Origin: an uncultured Planctomycetota bacterium
Lineage (GTDB): Bacteria > Planctomycetota > Planctomycetia > Isosphaerales > Isosphaeraceae
NCBI GenBank assembly: GCA_963823665.1
Contig: CAWGMQ010000008.1
Span: 1,952,001-2,016,000 of the forward strand
Reading direction: 5' to 3'
DNA length: 64,000 nt
Both the position numbers and the translations under genes were made by a program. Positions 1 to 10,387 of this stretch are shown here, in pieces. The notes under the pieces are model-generated. The model worked only from the letters and a program-made list of their open reading frames with translations. It did no database searches and was not told the origin of the DNA. How positions within the stretch are numbered: the first letter of the stretch is position 1; every line of letters starts with the position of its first letter.

Positions 1-1024
1 GTCCCGACATGACGGCCCGGTCGAGCTACAAGGCCCTAGTCACGATCTTCAGCCAGCAGTGCGAACTGAGTGAGGGCAAAGTTGTCGTGAAGGCCAAGAC
101 CGGCGGTGACTGCGTTCAGAACCCGTCCGACCTCAGCGCCGGCTACGACGCCCACAAAGGTAAGGGCTATCAGGTGCAGATCACCGAGACGTGCAGCTCT
201 GAGAACGAGGTGCAGTTGATCACAGGCGCTCTGCCGCAGGGTGCCGCGGAGCACGACGGCACGGCGGTGGTGCCGATGCTCGATCAACTCGAAGACTCGA
301 AGTTGTTGCCCGAGGAGATGCTGGCTGACACGCTCTACTGCGGCGACGAGAACGTACAAGCGGCCGAGGACCGCGGCGTGGAGCTGGTCGGACCGATCCC
401 CGGTCGGGAGCCGGCAAGCGACCCTGGGCGCTGACGCTGGACGACTTCGCGGTGGATGAACGGACCGGGCGGGTGGAAGCCTGTCCGCAAGGGCACATGC
501 CGCTTGTGGTCGAGCGGAACGAAGAAGTAGGCACGACGCGAATCCAGATGGCGGCGGCAGCGTGCGAAGGATGCCCGTTCCGCACGTCGTGCCCGATCCA
601 CCAAACGCGGGATGGTCGCTACGAGCTGGATTTCAGTGACAAGGATCATCGGATGGCTGGGCGTCGCCGGGAACAAGAGACACCGGTATTCGCGGAGCGG
701 TACAGGATGCGCTCGGGCATCGAGTCGACCAATAGCGGCTTGAAGAATCGGCTGAGGTTGGAACGTCTGCGAGTGCGAGGCCGCGGGAGTGTGTTCCGTG
801 TGATCCTGCACAAAGTGGCGGGCTGGAACGTGCTACGGGCGGCAGCGTCGAAGAAGCTGCGCGCGTGGGTGAGCCGCGAAGTGGCCCAGACGCTGAAAGG
901 AGCTGAATCTGGGCCAACTGGGCGACTCTGCGCGCTCGTTCTGAGGCTGTGGGACGGTTTTCAGATGATTTTCCGCGGTTCTCACGGCTGTTCGGTTGAT
1001 CTTGGAGGCTGTTGGGCCGCTTGA
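1..1024 (+). mobile_element. IS1182/IS4-like DDE transposase, 5'-truncated by window edge, frameshifted near 425-431
   Basis: ORFs 9..434 (GYDAHKGKGYQVQITETC, ADTLY) and 452..1024 (YRMRSGIESTNSGLK..RLRVRG) join in frame if one base is restored near 428. Confidence 0.75.
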
Positions 1025-1081
1025 GCGTGCATCACTGACAATTCACAGGCGGCATTCTGTCGGCAGCGTCATGAGTATTAT

Positions 1082-2158
1082 GTGGAGCCTTTGGTCAAGC
1101 CGGCGGGGCGAGGTGTGAACGCTGGATCGAACGAGTCTGTGCCGGCGGCCAGCGCGGGAGCGGACGGCTCACGGAGTGAGCCTGCTACTTTTGGGAGTGG
1201 TGTGGACCAGAATCGGGGGGCGACGGGGTTGGCGGCGGGCGGCTCACGGAGTGAGCCTGCTACTTTTGGGACCGGTGCGGACCAGGAACGGGGGGCGACT
1301 GCGCTGGCCGCGGGCGGCTCACGGAGTGAGCCTGTTACTCTGGGCGGGGCGGAGAGAGGGTGGGAGTCGGTCAAGGTCGAAGCTGAGGACGTTGTGGCGT
1401 GTCAGGGGTTCCTTCCGACACGGTGCGTTGGCTTGGACGGTGACGATCGAGACGCTGGCATAGGCAGTGCTACCCGAGACACTGGCGTAGTCAGTGAGAC
1501 GCAAGAGTGGGATGCTGGTGTCGAAGGCGACGACCCAGATGGGGACACTGGTTTGGGCGGTGACATGTATGAGGATGCTGGTTTAGCTGGTGGATTCTTT
1601 CCTGTGCGACGACCCCCCACCGCCGCCGGAGGCGGCATCTTCCCCACGAGGGGGGAGGAAATCGTGACGAACGAACCTAAACTCGATCAGGATGTGATCA
1701 CAGCACAAAATGAGGAGTCTGTTGAGGTTGTGGCGAATTCCGGTGTTTTTTCGGGACTTGACACGTTACGAACGAACCCAAAGCCGGGGTGCGGCGGGGA
1801 AGAAGAGGAAGGTGCAAGATCGAAATCCGTAGATCTCAATTCGAAGCACGAATCGCGAAATTCGGAATCCGAAGAGGAACGAGATCCCGGTGATAGCGGG
1901 AACGAAGACCAGCCGTTGGACGTGCGGCGTGCGGATATCTTGAGTCGAACGACTTGGGCGGAGACCCTCACCCCGGCCCTCTCCCGGGGGGAGAGGGAGC
2001 GTGATTCGGAGCGTTCGGCTTCCGCGGAGACCCTCACCCCGGCCCTCTCCCGGGGGGAGAGGGAGCGTGGTTCGAAGGACCCTGCGAAAGCTTTCCTACG
2101 CGCGAACCCCCCACCTCCGCCGGGGGCGGCACCTCCGCCGCGAAGGGGGAGGACGTGA
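1082..2158 (+). CDS. Low-complexity hypothetical protein built largely from palindromic repeats; may be non-coding
   Basis: 358-codon open frame containing RSEPAT x3, TLTPALSRGERE x2 and TNEP/RTNP motifs; overlaps the sigma factor start. Confidence 0.35.
   Translation: MEPLVKPAGRGVNAGSNESVPAASAGADGSRSEPATFGSGVDQNRGATGLAAGGSRSEPATFGTGADQERGATALAAGGSRSEPVTLGGAERGWESVKVEAEDVVACQGFLPTRCVGLDGDDRDAGIGSATRDTGVVSETQEWDAGVEGDDPDGDTGLGGDMYEDAGLAGGFFPVRRPPTAAGGGIFPTRGEEIVTNEPKLDQDVITAQNEESVEVVANSGVFSGLDTLRTNPKPGCGGEEEEGARSKSVDLNSKHESRNSESEEERDPGDSGNEDQPLDVRRADILSRTTWAETLTPALSRGERERDSERSASAETLTPALSRGERERGSKDPAKAFLRANPPPPPGAAPPPRRGRT
1166..1332. repeat. Three REP-like palindromes GGCTCACGGAGTGAGCC with 75-bp period
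   Basis: Copies start at 1166, 1241 and 1316. Confidence 0.9.
1958..2069. repeat. Two REP-like CCCTCACCCCGGCCCTCTCCCGGGGGGAGAGGG elements, 66-bp period
   Basis: Identical 46-bp copies at 1958-2003 and 2024-2069. Confidence 0.9.
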
Positions 2159-2802
2159 TGGCGGACGAGAGCGAAGATTTCCGGGGGTTGATGGACGCTG
2201 TGCTCAAGGGGAATGGAGATGCTCTGGCATCGCTGTTCTCGATGTACCGGGAGCGGCTGCGCAGGATGGTCGAGCTGCGGATGGATGCCCGGCTTCGGGG
2301 TCGAGTTTCGCCGTCGGACATTCTTCAAGAGGCGTATCTCGGTGCGCTCAAGCGATTACCGCATTATCAGGCGAGCCCGGAGGTACCATTCTTTGTGTGG
2401 CTGCGGTCGGTGACCATGCAAAGGCTGATCGATGCTCAGCGGCGGCATCTGGGGGGGCAAGCTCGGGACGTGCGGCGGGAGGTTCGGCTGGGCCAGGTTG
2501 AGGCGATTGAGGCTCAATCGGGACAGATCGCGGAGCTGATCGCCAACACCACTTCGCCTAGCCTGGCGGTGCGCCGGGGGGAGATCATGATGCTGGTGCG
2601 CGATGCCCTGGAGCAGCTCGATGCGATCGACCGCGAGGTGCTGGTGCTGCGGCACTTCGAGCAGATGAGCAATCACGAAGCGGCGGCGGCGCTTGAGATT
2701 AAACCGGCTGCTGCAAGCAAACGGTATGTGCGTGCCGTTGAGCGGCTGAGGAGCGTGCTGGAGCAGATCACGGGTTTTGAAGGTGAAGGAGGCTCGCCGT
2801 GA
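2155..2802 (+). CDS. ECF-type sigma-70 factor (planctomycete kinase-linked type)
   Basis: Region 2 (LRRMVELRM..SDILQE, WLRSV) and region 4 (DREVLVLRHFEQMSNHEAAAALEI); TSPS linker; GGAGG upstream. Confidence 0.92.
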   Translation: MMADESEDFRGLMDAVLKGNGDALASLFSMYRERLRRMVELRMDARLRGRVSPSDILQEAYLGALKRLPHYQASPEVPFFVWLRSVTMQRLIDAQRRHLGGQARDVRREVRLGQVEAIEAQSGQIAELIANTTSPSLAVRRGEIMMLVRDALEQLDAIDREVLVLRHFEQMSNHEAAAALEIKPAAASKRYVRAVERLRSVLEQITGFEGEGGSP

Positions 2803-5346
2803 ACGAGGCGGATGCGCGGCCAGGGCCGATCGATACGGTTGACATCACCGGTGACGGCGAACGTGAGCCGTTCGAACGCGTGGCTGAAGAGTTTGTCGAG
2901 CGATGGCGGCGCGGGGAATCGCCATCGGTCGACGAGTACCTGGAGCGCTATCCGGAGCTGGCGGAGAAGCTTCGCAAGCTGCTGCCTGCGGTGGCGATCA
3001 TCGAGCGTCTGGGGCGAAGTGCGCTCCCACAGGCGGAGACACCGCCGTCTCGGTCGATACCGTCGCAGCTCGGCGAATTCCGGATCGTTCGCGAGTTGGG
3101 GCGCGGGGGGATGGGCGTCGTCTACGAGGCAGTCCAGGAATCGCTCGAGCGCAACGTGGCGCTCAAGGTCATGCACCAGATGCAGATCGACGGCCGAAGA
3201 CTGGAACGCTTTCATCGCGAGGCTCTGGCCATTGCACGGCTGCATCACACGAATATCGTGCCGATCTTCGCCGTGGGCGAACACGAGGGACTGCCGTATT
3301 ACGCGATGCAGTACATTCGAGGGCGCGGGCTTGATGCCGTGATCGAAGAGTGGAAGCGCGACAAGATGCCGCTGGACGGAGAGCGGCGGCAGTTCGTGGC
3401 CCGGGTGGGAACCCAGGCTGCGGAAGCGCTTCACTATGCCCACGAACAAGGAATTCTGCACCGGGACGTGAAGCCAGCGAATTTGCTGGTCGACGAGCAT
3501 GTTTCGGTGTGGATCACGGACTTCGGTCTGGCGAAGCTCGCCGGCCAAGACGACCTCACGCGAACCGGCGACGTGATCGGCACGCTGCGGTATCTGGCGC
3601 CCGAAGCCCTGCGCGGACGCACGGGGCCGGAAAACGATATCTACAGCCTGGGACTGACGCTTTACGAGCTGATCACGCTGTGTGCTCCATTTGGCGACGT
3701 GAGCGCGAGCGAGCTGCTGCGCCAGGTGAGCGAGAGCCAGCCGACCCGACCGCGCAAGCTCGACCCGACGATCCCGCGCGACCTTGAGACCATCATACTG
3801 AAAGCGATTGCTCCGGAGCCGGAAGACCGATACGCGACCGGGCTGGAGCTGGCCGATGATCTGCGCCGATTTGTCGAGGACCGGCCGATCCGGGCGCGTC
3901 GCGCGACGGTGTTCGAGCGAGTTTCGCGTTGGAGCCGCCGTAACCGGGCGGTTGCGGCGCTTGGGGCGACGGCGGTGGCGGCGCTTTTACTGGCCGCGAT
4001 TGTGGGATGGGCGGGATATGCGAGCACCAGGCAGGCACTCAAGCGGTCCGACGCGAATGTGAAACTCTCACTGGCGGTTTTTGGCGAGCTATTTGACAGG
4101 CTCTCGCCGGAGGAGGACTTTTTCCCGCCACCGACCGGGCGCAGGGGTGCGCGGCGGAAGGGCGCTGGTCCGTTCGAACGCGGGCAGCCGCGTGGCGGGG
4201 AAGGGGGGTTTGGTCGGGCAATCGAGGCCGGGGGCGAGTCAAAGTCTCGCCGGGGCGATGGACCGGGGCGGCGGCCTACTCACGGCGAGGGTCCCGACGG
4301 ATTCGGACCGAGGGGCGGGCCGCTTGGTGCAAACCCGTTTGCGAGCGATCGACCGAAGGCGGGCGACGGCTCCGGTCCGCCGCGAGCCGCAGATGCGGAA
4401 GCGGACTCTGCTCTTTTGCTCTCGGTTCTCGATTTCTACGAACAATTTGCTCAGCAGAACGAAACCAATGCGAGTCTTCGGGCCGAAGCGGCACGAGCGT
4501 ATTTCAAAGTGGGCTCGTTGCTGGCGCGGCTGGATCGGTCTCGAGGAGTCGGAGCAGGCGATGGCACGGGCGGTCTCGAACTTTGAGGCTCTGGCTGCGA
4601 GCTTTCCGAAGGTGGCTGAGTATCGCTCGAAGATCGTTGAAATTGCGATCATGACTGACCCGTGGTCGGTCGATCCGTCTTCATTGGTGACGCTGGAGAA
4701 TCGGCTGCGACTGGGGCGCGAGCTGGTGGATCAGCTTGCCGGCGAGGTGCCGCGAAATCTTGAGTATATTCAGTCGCAGATTCACGTTTACGCGAAGCTG
4801 GGCGCCGTGCTGCAGCGGCTGGATCGGCCGGGCGATGCGGAAGCGGCTTATCGACGGGCCATCGAGTTTGCGGGGTCGTTGATGGCAAGAGCGAGCAACC
4901 CGGCGCGGGCGACGATCGACCGGGCTGATGTGCGGGAGGCGCTGGCTTCACTGGCTCTCGAGGAGGGCAATCGAGACGCGGCGCGTGGGCTGCTGGAGGG
5001 GGCTGTGGGCGATTTGCGATCGCTTGAAGGGTCGCCGCAAATTCGGCCATTGCTGGCGGAGAGGTTTGCGAGCCTCGGGGAAGGGTTCCGAAAGCTTGGC
5101 GACATCGAGCGGGCGGAAAAGGTCGCGAGCTGGGCTGGCCCGGCGGGCGCGGGGCGCCGAGAAAGCCATCGGGGGGACTTGGTGAGCGGGGGAGTGCACT
5201 CAAACCGAGGGGTGAATCTCGTTGAAAGGCGATCTCTGTGGTCAGTTGCGGAATGCACCGAACCCGATTGGCGATTCTCGTTGAAAGTGCAAAAGCGCAC
5301 AAGGAAGCTGCCGGGCGGGGCACAGAAAGCGCGCACTTTTATCTAA
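2799..5346 (+). CDS. Membrane Ser/Thr protein kinase with TPR-like helical C-terminus, split by a frameshift near 4540
   Basis: GRGGMGVV, VALK, HRDVKPAN, DFGLA and APE motifs plus a TM segment. LARLDR continues as LEESEQAMARA in the 4081..5346 frame. Confidence 0.88.
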
Positions 5347-5874
5347 AGGTGGCACTTCTACCGGCCTAATCGCCAAAACCCGAAGTGGGCCCAGAAATAT
5401 ATAGACATTCTTCGTTGCCGATTGCTGTCGGATGGCGTATACTAAACGTAAAGAGAATGTACGCGCCTCATTGTCAGAGACGTAGCCTCATTCTCTTTCT
5501 CTTTCCCACCATCTTTGCTCTGGTTCAATGAGGGGTTTTCACCCATCGACCTTCCCGTCTCGAACACGTCCGTTCTTTGGCCTACGAGGGCGCGCCGGAG
5601 CGGCCTCAGCGCTTCGGAGATCCGCGAGTGTGGCCGGATGGAAATTCGCCGCAAAATTGATCACGGATTATCATTTTTTATCACGTCCGGTGAAGCTCGT
5701 GACCGCAAGGAAATCCAACTCGCAGTTGAACTTGCGCAAGGAGTTTCGATCTCCGGGTAGGCGCGGACACTTAAAGCACCCAGGACCTCGTTTAATCGGT
5801 GGGCGCGCGCCCCGATCGCGATCTTTAATGAACGATATTCGACGATCGGAGGTCCGCTCGTGGGCGCGGGGGTC

Positions 5875-5942
5875 GTCAGGCTGAAGCCTGACCTACTTGG
5901 GGTGTGGGTGCGGGGGGATTGTCAGGCTGAAGCTTGACCTAC
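5875..5942 (-). repeat. Two GTAG-type REP palindromes (GTAG-GTCAGGCTTCAGCCTGAC)
   Basis: Copies at 5875-5896 and 5921-5942, just downstream of the oxidoreductase stop. Confidence 0.8.
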
Positions 5943-5944
5943 TT

Positions 5945-7285
5945 TCACGCGTGGATCGAGAAGCCCCTACGGTAGTCGCGCCTGATGAACTGGTCGGCGG
6001 ACGGGACGTTTTTGGCTTTGAGGGCGACGGGGTCCCACTCGATGGTCGTGCCGGCTTTGAGGGCGACGACACCCAGCAGGACGGTTTCGGTGAGACGGCC
6101 TGCGTAGTCGAAGTTGGACATTGCCTTCTTGGGGTCGCCGGCCTTGATGGCATTTACCCACTCGGTGAAGTGGCCCGGTGAGCGCGGGAGGGTTGGTTTG
6201 GGTTTTTCCACATCCTTGAATTTGTCTTTCGGAAGCAGGACGTGTTCGGCGCCGTAGTCGTTCTGGGAGAAGAACGAGCCCTTTTCACCGATCAAGAGCA
6301 GTCCGCTGTCGGGAACCTCGAGGCCTTGCAGGTGTTCCTTGTAGATTTTCTTGTCGTTCGGGAATTTCTCACCGCCGTCGAACCAGGTCAGGGTGAGTGG
6401 GGCGCGGCCGTTGCGCGCACCGAACCGGGTGCGGATGATCGACCAGAGCGGGTAGCTTTCGCGATCGACGATGCCGGAGGTATCGACTACTTCGATCGAC
6501 TCGGGGTCGAAGAGCTCGAGAGCCATGCAGGCTATGTTGATCGTGTGGCAGGCCATGTCGCCGAGTGCGCCTGTACCGAAATCGAGCCATCCGCGCCATT
6601 TGAACGGTTGATAACTCGCGTGGTAGGGGCGATCGGCGGCGGGGCCGAGGAATTCGTACCAGCGAACGTGGTTGGGGATTCCGTGTGTATCCTTGGGGCG
6701 GCCCATGCCTTGGGGCCAGATCGGGCGATTGGTCCAGACCAGGATTTCCTTGATCGGCCCGAGGATGCCCGAGCGGATGAGCTCGACGCCCGAGCGAAAC
6801 CCGGGCTCGACGGTGCCCTGGTTGCCCATCTGGGTGCAGAGCTTCTTTTCGGCGGCCAATGTGCGCATCAGCCGCGCTTCCTCGACCGACCAGGTGAGCG
6901 GCTTCTGGCAGAAGCAGTGTTTGCCCATGCGCATGGCCATGACACTGGCTGGAGCGTGGCTATGGTCCGGCGTGCTGACGGTGACGGCGTCGATCTTGTC
7001 TCCCAGGTCTTCGAGCATCTTGCGGTAGTCGAAGTACTTCTTCGCCTTGGGATACTTCTTCCCCATCTCGTCGAGGACTTTGCTGTCGATGTCGCAGAGG
7101 GCGACGATTTCGCCGTGAGCGCCGGCGTCGTTCGTGTCGCTGTCTCCTTTGCCGCCCACACCGATGCAAGCGAAGCGCACTTTCTCGTTCGGCGACTGCG
7201 CGGCGCTCAGTACGGGAGCACCGCCCAGGAGCAGCGAGCTGGTACCGGCCAGAGCGGATGTGCGGAAGAACTCACGACGATCCAT
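5945..7285 (-). CDS. Tat-exported Gfo/Idh/MocA family oxidoreductase
   Basis: MDRREFFR twin-arginine signal, CIGVGGKG, VSTPDHSH, CQKPL, GALGDMACH; start moved to ATG 7285. Confidence 0.93.
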   Translation of the reverse strand: MDRREFFRTSALAGTSSLLLGGAPVLSAAQSPNEKVRFACIGVGGKGDSDTNDAGAHGEIVALCDIDSKVLDEMGKKYPKAKKYFDYRKMLEDLGDKIDAVTVSTPDHSHAPASVMAMRMGKHCFCQKPLTWSVEEARLMRTLAAEKKLCTQMGNQGTVEPGFRSGVELIRSGILGPIKEILVWTNRPIWPQGMGRPKDTHGIPNHVRWYEFLGPAADRPYHASYQPFKWRGWLDFGTGALGDMACHTINIACMALELFDPESIEVVDTSGIVDRESYPLWSIIRTRFGARNGRAPLTLTWFDGGEKFPNDKKIYKEHLQGLEVPDSGLLLIGEKGSFFSQNDYGAEHVLLPKDKFKDVEKPKPTLPRSPGHFTEWVNAIKAGDPKKAMSNFDYAGRLTETVLLGVVALKAGTTIEWDPVALKAKNVPSADQFIRRDYRRGFSIHA

Positions 7286-7462
7286 GGTGGAGACTCCGAG
7301 GGCGAGTGTGGTGGGTGGGCGAGTACGGGAATCCTGGGAGGGGCCGGGGCTTGGGCGCGGAGGCACCGGTTGAGAGCCACGCAGACGCCGGCGAGGTTCC
7401 AGCGGCTCTTTCAGCATGCCGTTTCGCGGCGGCGGTTGCAACCTGTTGCTGCGAAAGTTGTC

Positions 7463-10186
7463 TCAGCGTTTGTTTCCGGCGACGGCATGGAGCAAAGCGG
7501 CCATGCCTTCAAAAAGGGCGCCGAGGGTCGACGCAGACTCCTCGGGTGCCTCGATCAGGACGTTTCCGCTGGGAGCGCGGCTGACCTTGAGCTGGGAGAA
7601 GAACTGGCGGACTTCGGCCGCACTTGGCATGGCGGCGACGGCCGCGGTCGTCGCTGTCGCATCCGGCGTTGTGGGAACCGTGGAGCGGGACGCTTCGAAT
7701 GGCACCGCCTGAGCCACGGCTGCCGGCGCGGGCTCTCCGTTGGCGGCGGCACGGTCGTGGGATTCGTCGGCTGCCTCGACCAGCTCATCGAAGGGATCGG
7801 CGACGGAATCGTCGAGACCGGCATCGCTCGAATCAGGATCGTCATCGACGGATTCGTGTGTGTCAGCGGCATGCTCAGTCGCCTCGACTTCGTAGAGTTT
7901 CTGGACCTTGGCCAGGAAGCTCGCGGACTGGTCGAACTGGACCGAGTCGCTTTCGCCGTCGAAAAGGCCCTTGAAGAACGCCTGCTTGGATCCGACGAGT
8001 GCGGAGATGCGCGATTCGATGCCCTGCTCGCAGACGAGATTAAAAACGTCGATGGGGAGCTTCTGGCCGAGGCGGTAGATCCGCCCGATGCGTTGTTCGA
8101 GCACGGCGGGGTTCCAGGGGAGCTCGATGTTGATGACGCAGTTGGCGGCGTGCTGGAGGTTCAAGCCGACACCGCCTGCATCACTGGTGAAAAGGATCCG
8201 GAAGCCGGGATCATCGTGAAATTCGACGATGTTCTGCGTACGGCGGCGCTGGCCTTCGGCGCCGGTGAAGAAGCCGCTGCGGAGGCCGTTATCACCCAAG
8301 AGGTCACTCACTGCCCACTGGGCGAGGGAGAGCATCCGGCGCCACTGGCTGAAGACGACGACCTTGCGTCCCTGATCGACCACGAGCTGGCGAACGAGCT
8401 GGCGCAGCTCGGAGAGCTTGGGCGAGGAGATCCCTTGCAATGTCGTTTCATCGGGGCGGCGTTTCTGAATTGTCGGCCAGAGATCCTCGAACTGAAGCTG
8501 GGCCATCCCGTTGGAGATGATTCGCTGCGTCGCGAGATAGCCCATGAGCCTCAAGAACTCGACCTGGGTAAGCGGGCGCTTGAGCGAACGCTGGACGAGC
8601 TGGGCGATCGGTTGATTCAAGTCGTCGTGCGCGGCCTGCTGCACTTCGGTCAACTCGACGGGGACCCGGGTATCCGTTCGGGGTGGGAGCTGGTCGAGGA
8701 CATCCTGGCGGACGCGGCGAACCATGCAGCTTTTGAGGCGGTCGCGAATGGTGTCGAGGTTACGGGCGCCGATCACCTCGTGGCGGCCATCGGAGCGGAT
8801 GGAGTGCAACGAGCTCAGGCGCCATTTGGGCTCGAGGGCCATGTCGTCGACCCACTCAACGACGGAGGCCAGCTCGTCGATGCGGTTTTCCATCGGCGTG
8901 CCGGTGAGCACGAGGCGATACCGTGGGGACAGGCCCTTGACGGAAAGGGCGGTTTTGGTTGCCCAGTTCTTGATGCGTTGCGCCTCGTCGAGGACGACGA
9001 GCTCAGGGTCCCAGCGGCGGACGGTATCGAGGTCGCGGAGGAGCTGTTCGTAATTGATGATGAGGAACGTGGCGGCGCGGCTCGAGTATGCGGCCTGCCG
9101 TTCGTCGGGAGGGCCGTCGACAACCTGGATGGGAAAATCAGTGAACGAAGCCCACTCGCGAGCCCACTGAGGCTTGAGGCTAGCCGGCGCAATGATCAAC
9201 CCGCGGCGGATGCGGCCGCTGTGCCGCAGGATATGACAGCATGCGATCGCTTGCGCGGTTTTGCCGAGCCCCATATCGTCGGCGAGCAGCAATCTGCCGG
9301 TGGCGAGGAAGCGATCCACGCCCGTGCGCTGGTATGGGTAAAGTGGGCGCTTGAAGTGCTTGATGGCATCGCGAATTTCGGCGGGACGCAATGTGCTGCC
9401 CAGGCGCTCCTTGAGGGAACGACGCTCGTTCTCGAGCAGAAGGCGCAGGGCGGGATCGTGCAGCGACTCGGTGGCCGCGGCAGGAAGAACCCTGAGCAAG
9501 TCTTCGACGAGCTCGAGGCGGCGAGCGGGCTGATCGAGGAAGCTGGACTTCACGCGAGCGATACCGTCGCCATCGCACCGAAACCAGCGAGCGGCCTGGG
9601 CGGCGCGAGAAGAGCGTGCCTTGGCGATCTCGAAGTCTCCGTTCCAGTGGACGCGATCCAACCAATCGCCGACTCCGATGAGTGGACGAATCGGGTCCCA
9701 GCGGAGGCTACCTGGGGCGGGGCGGCCGTTCCATTCTTGTTCCTTGAGCGCTTGCCGCAGCAGGCGCGGACGGGAGTGGAGATGCTCGAGCACGACGAGG
9801 ACGTGCTTGCAGATGCCGAGCGAATTCTTGAGGAAATCCGGACAATTGCAGCGAGCATCGATGGGATCAAGGGCGTGCAAGGCGGTTCGATACGGCCGTG
9901 CTTCCTTGCCGGTGCGGCGGGTGAGGTAGAAACCGAAAAGGCGGCCGCCACCGGGGCGTGCCTCGACGCGGAGGCTATCGCGCCGGATCGACTCCAGACG
10001 GCGCACGATTGCGTCCATCGCATCGACGCGGGTCTGCCATTCCTGAGCGGGGACGCAGGCGAGGACGTGCCGGATGAGCAGTTCGGGCGGGATACTCCCG
10101 GTCTTGCGCCCGTGGCGGCCGAGCAGTTCCTTGTAAGCCTCGGATTGCTCGAGTGTCGTCTGAAGTTCGGCAACGGTGTCGATCAT
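7463..10186 (-). CDS. SNF2-family helicase/ATPase with N-terminal SWIM zinc finger
   Basis: CNCPDF..CKH, LADDMGLGKT, DEAQRIKN, LTGTPMEN, VFSQW, QRIGRIYRLGQ. Confidence 0.93.
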   Translation of the reverse strand: MIDTVAELQTTLEQSEAYKELLGRHGRKTGSIPPELLIRHVLACVPAQEWQTRVDAMDAIVRRLESIRRDSLRVEARPGGGRLFGFYLTRRTGKEARPYRTALHALDPIDARCNCPDFLKNSLGICKHVLVVLEHLHSRPRLLRQALKEQEWNGRPAPGSLRWDPIRPLIGVGDWLDRVHWNGDFEIAKARSSRAAQAARWFRCDGDGIARVKSSFLDQPARRLELVEDLLRVLPAAATESLHDPALRLLLENERRSLKERLGSTLRPAEIRDAIKHFKRPLYPYQRTGVDRFLATGRLLLADDMGLGKTAQAIACCHILRHSGRIRRGLIIAPASLKPQWAREWASFTDFPIQVVDGPPDERQAAYSSRAATFLIINYEQLLRDLDTVRRWDPELVVLDEAQRIKNWATKTALSVKGLSPRYRLVLTGTPMENRIDELASVVEWVDDMALEPKWRLSSLHSIRSDGRHEVIGARNLDTIRDRLKSCMVRRVRQDVLDQLPPRTDTRVPVELTEVQQAAHDDLNQPIAQLVQRSLKRPLTQVEFLRLMGYLATQRIISNGMAQLQFEDLWPTIQKRRPDETTLQGISSPKLSELRQLVRQLVVDQGRKVVVFSQWRRMLSLAQWAVSDLLGDNGLRSGFFTGAEGQRRRTQNIVEFHDDPGFRILFTSDAGGVGLNLQHAANCVINIELPWNPAVLEQRIGRIYRLGQKLPIDVFNLVCEQGIESRISALVGSKQAFFKGLFDGESDSVQFDQSASFLAKVQKLYEVEATEHAADTHESVDDDPDSSDAGLDDSVADPFDELVEAADESHDRAAANGEPAPAAVAQAVPFEASRSTVPTTPDATATTAAVAAMPSAAEVRQFFSQLKVSRAPSGNVLIEAPEESASTLGALFEGMAALLHAVAGNKR

Positions 10187-10387
10187 GGCAGCAACTCCTC
10201 CATGCTCATGGTGGGAAACGAGCTTTCCAAACGGGCACCATTATTCCGAGCCGCCTCGCGTCGTGCCAGAGCAGGCTTGTCCGATGGACAAGAGTACGGC
10301 AGTTCGTTAGGCTCCCTGATGCGGGGAACGAAGCAGCAGGCTGGTCGTCACGGGCCGCGGATGCGGCGCGTGAAGAAGCGTGATCCC

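Noticed and set aside
1166..1332. Possible CRISPR array
   Set aside because: Intervening sequences are similar to each other, there are only three units and no cas genes; this is a tandem REP-like repeat.
5346..5870. Possible ncRNA or small gene in the intergenic gap
   Set aside because: No convincing structure, RBS or motif seen.
6242..10387. 1725-aa plus-strand ORF
   Set aside because: Antisense shadow of the oxidoreductase and SNF2 genes; only the last 343 codons (hpnC) are real.
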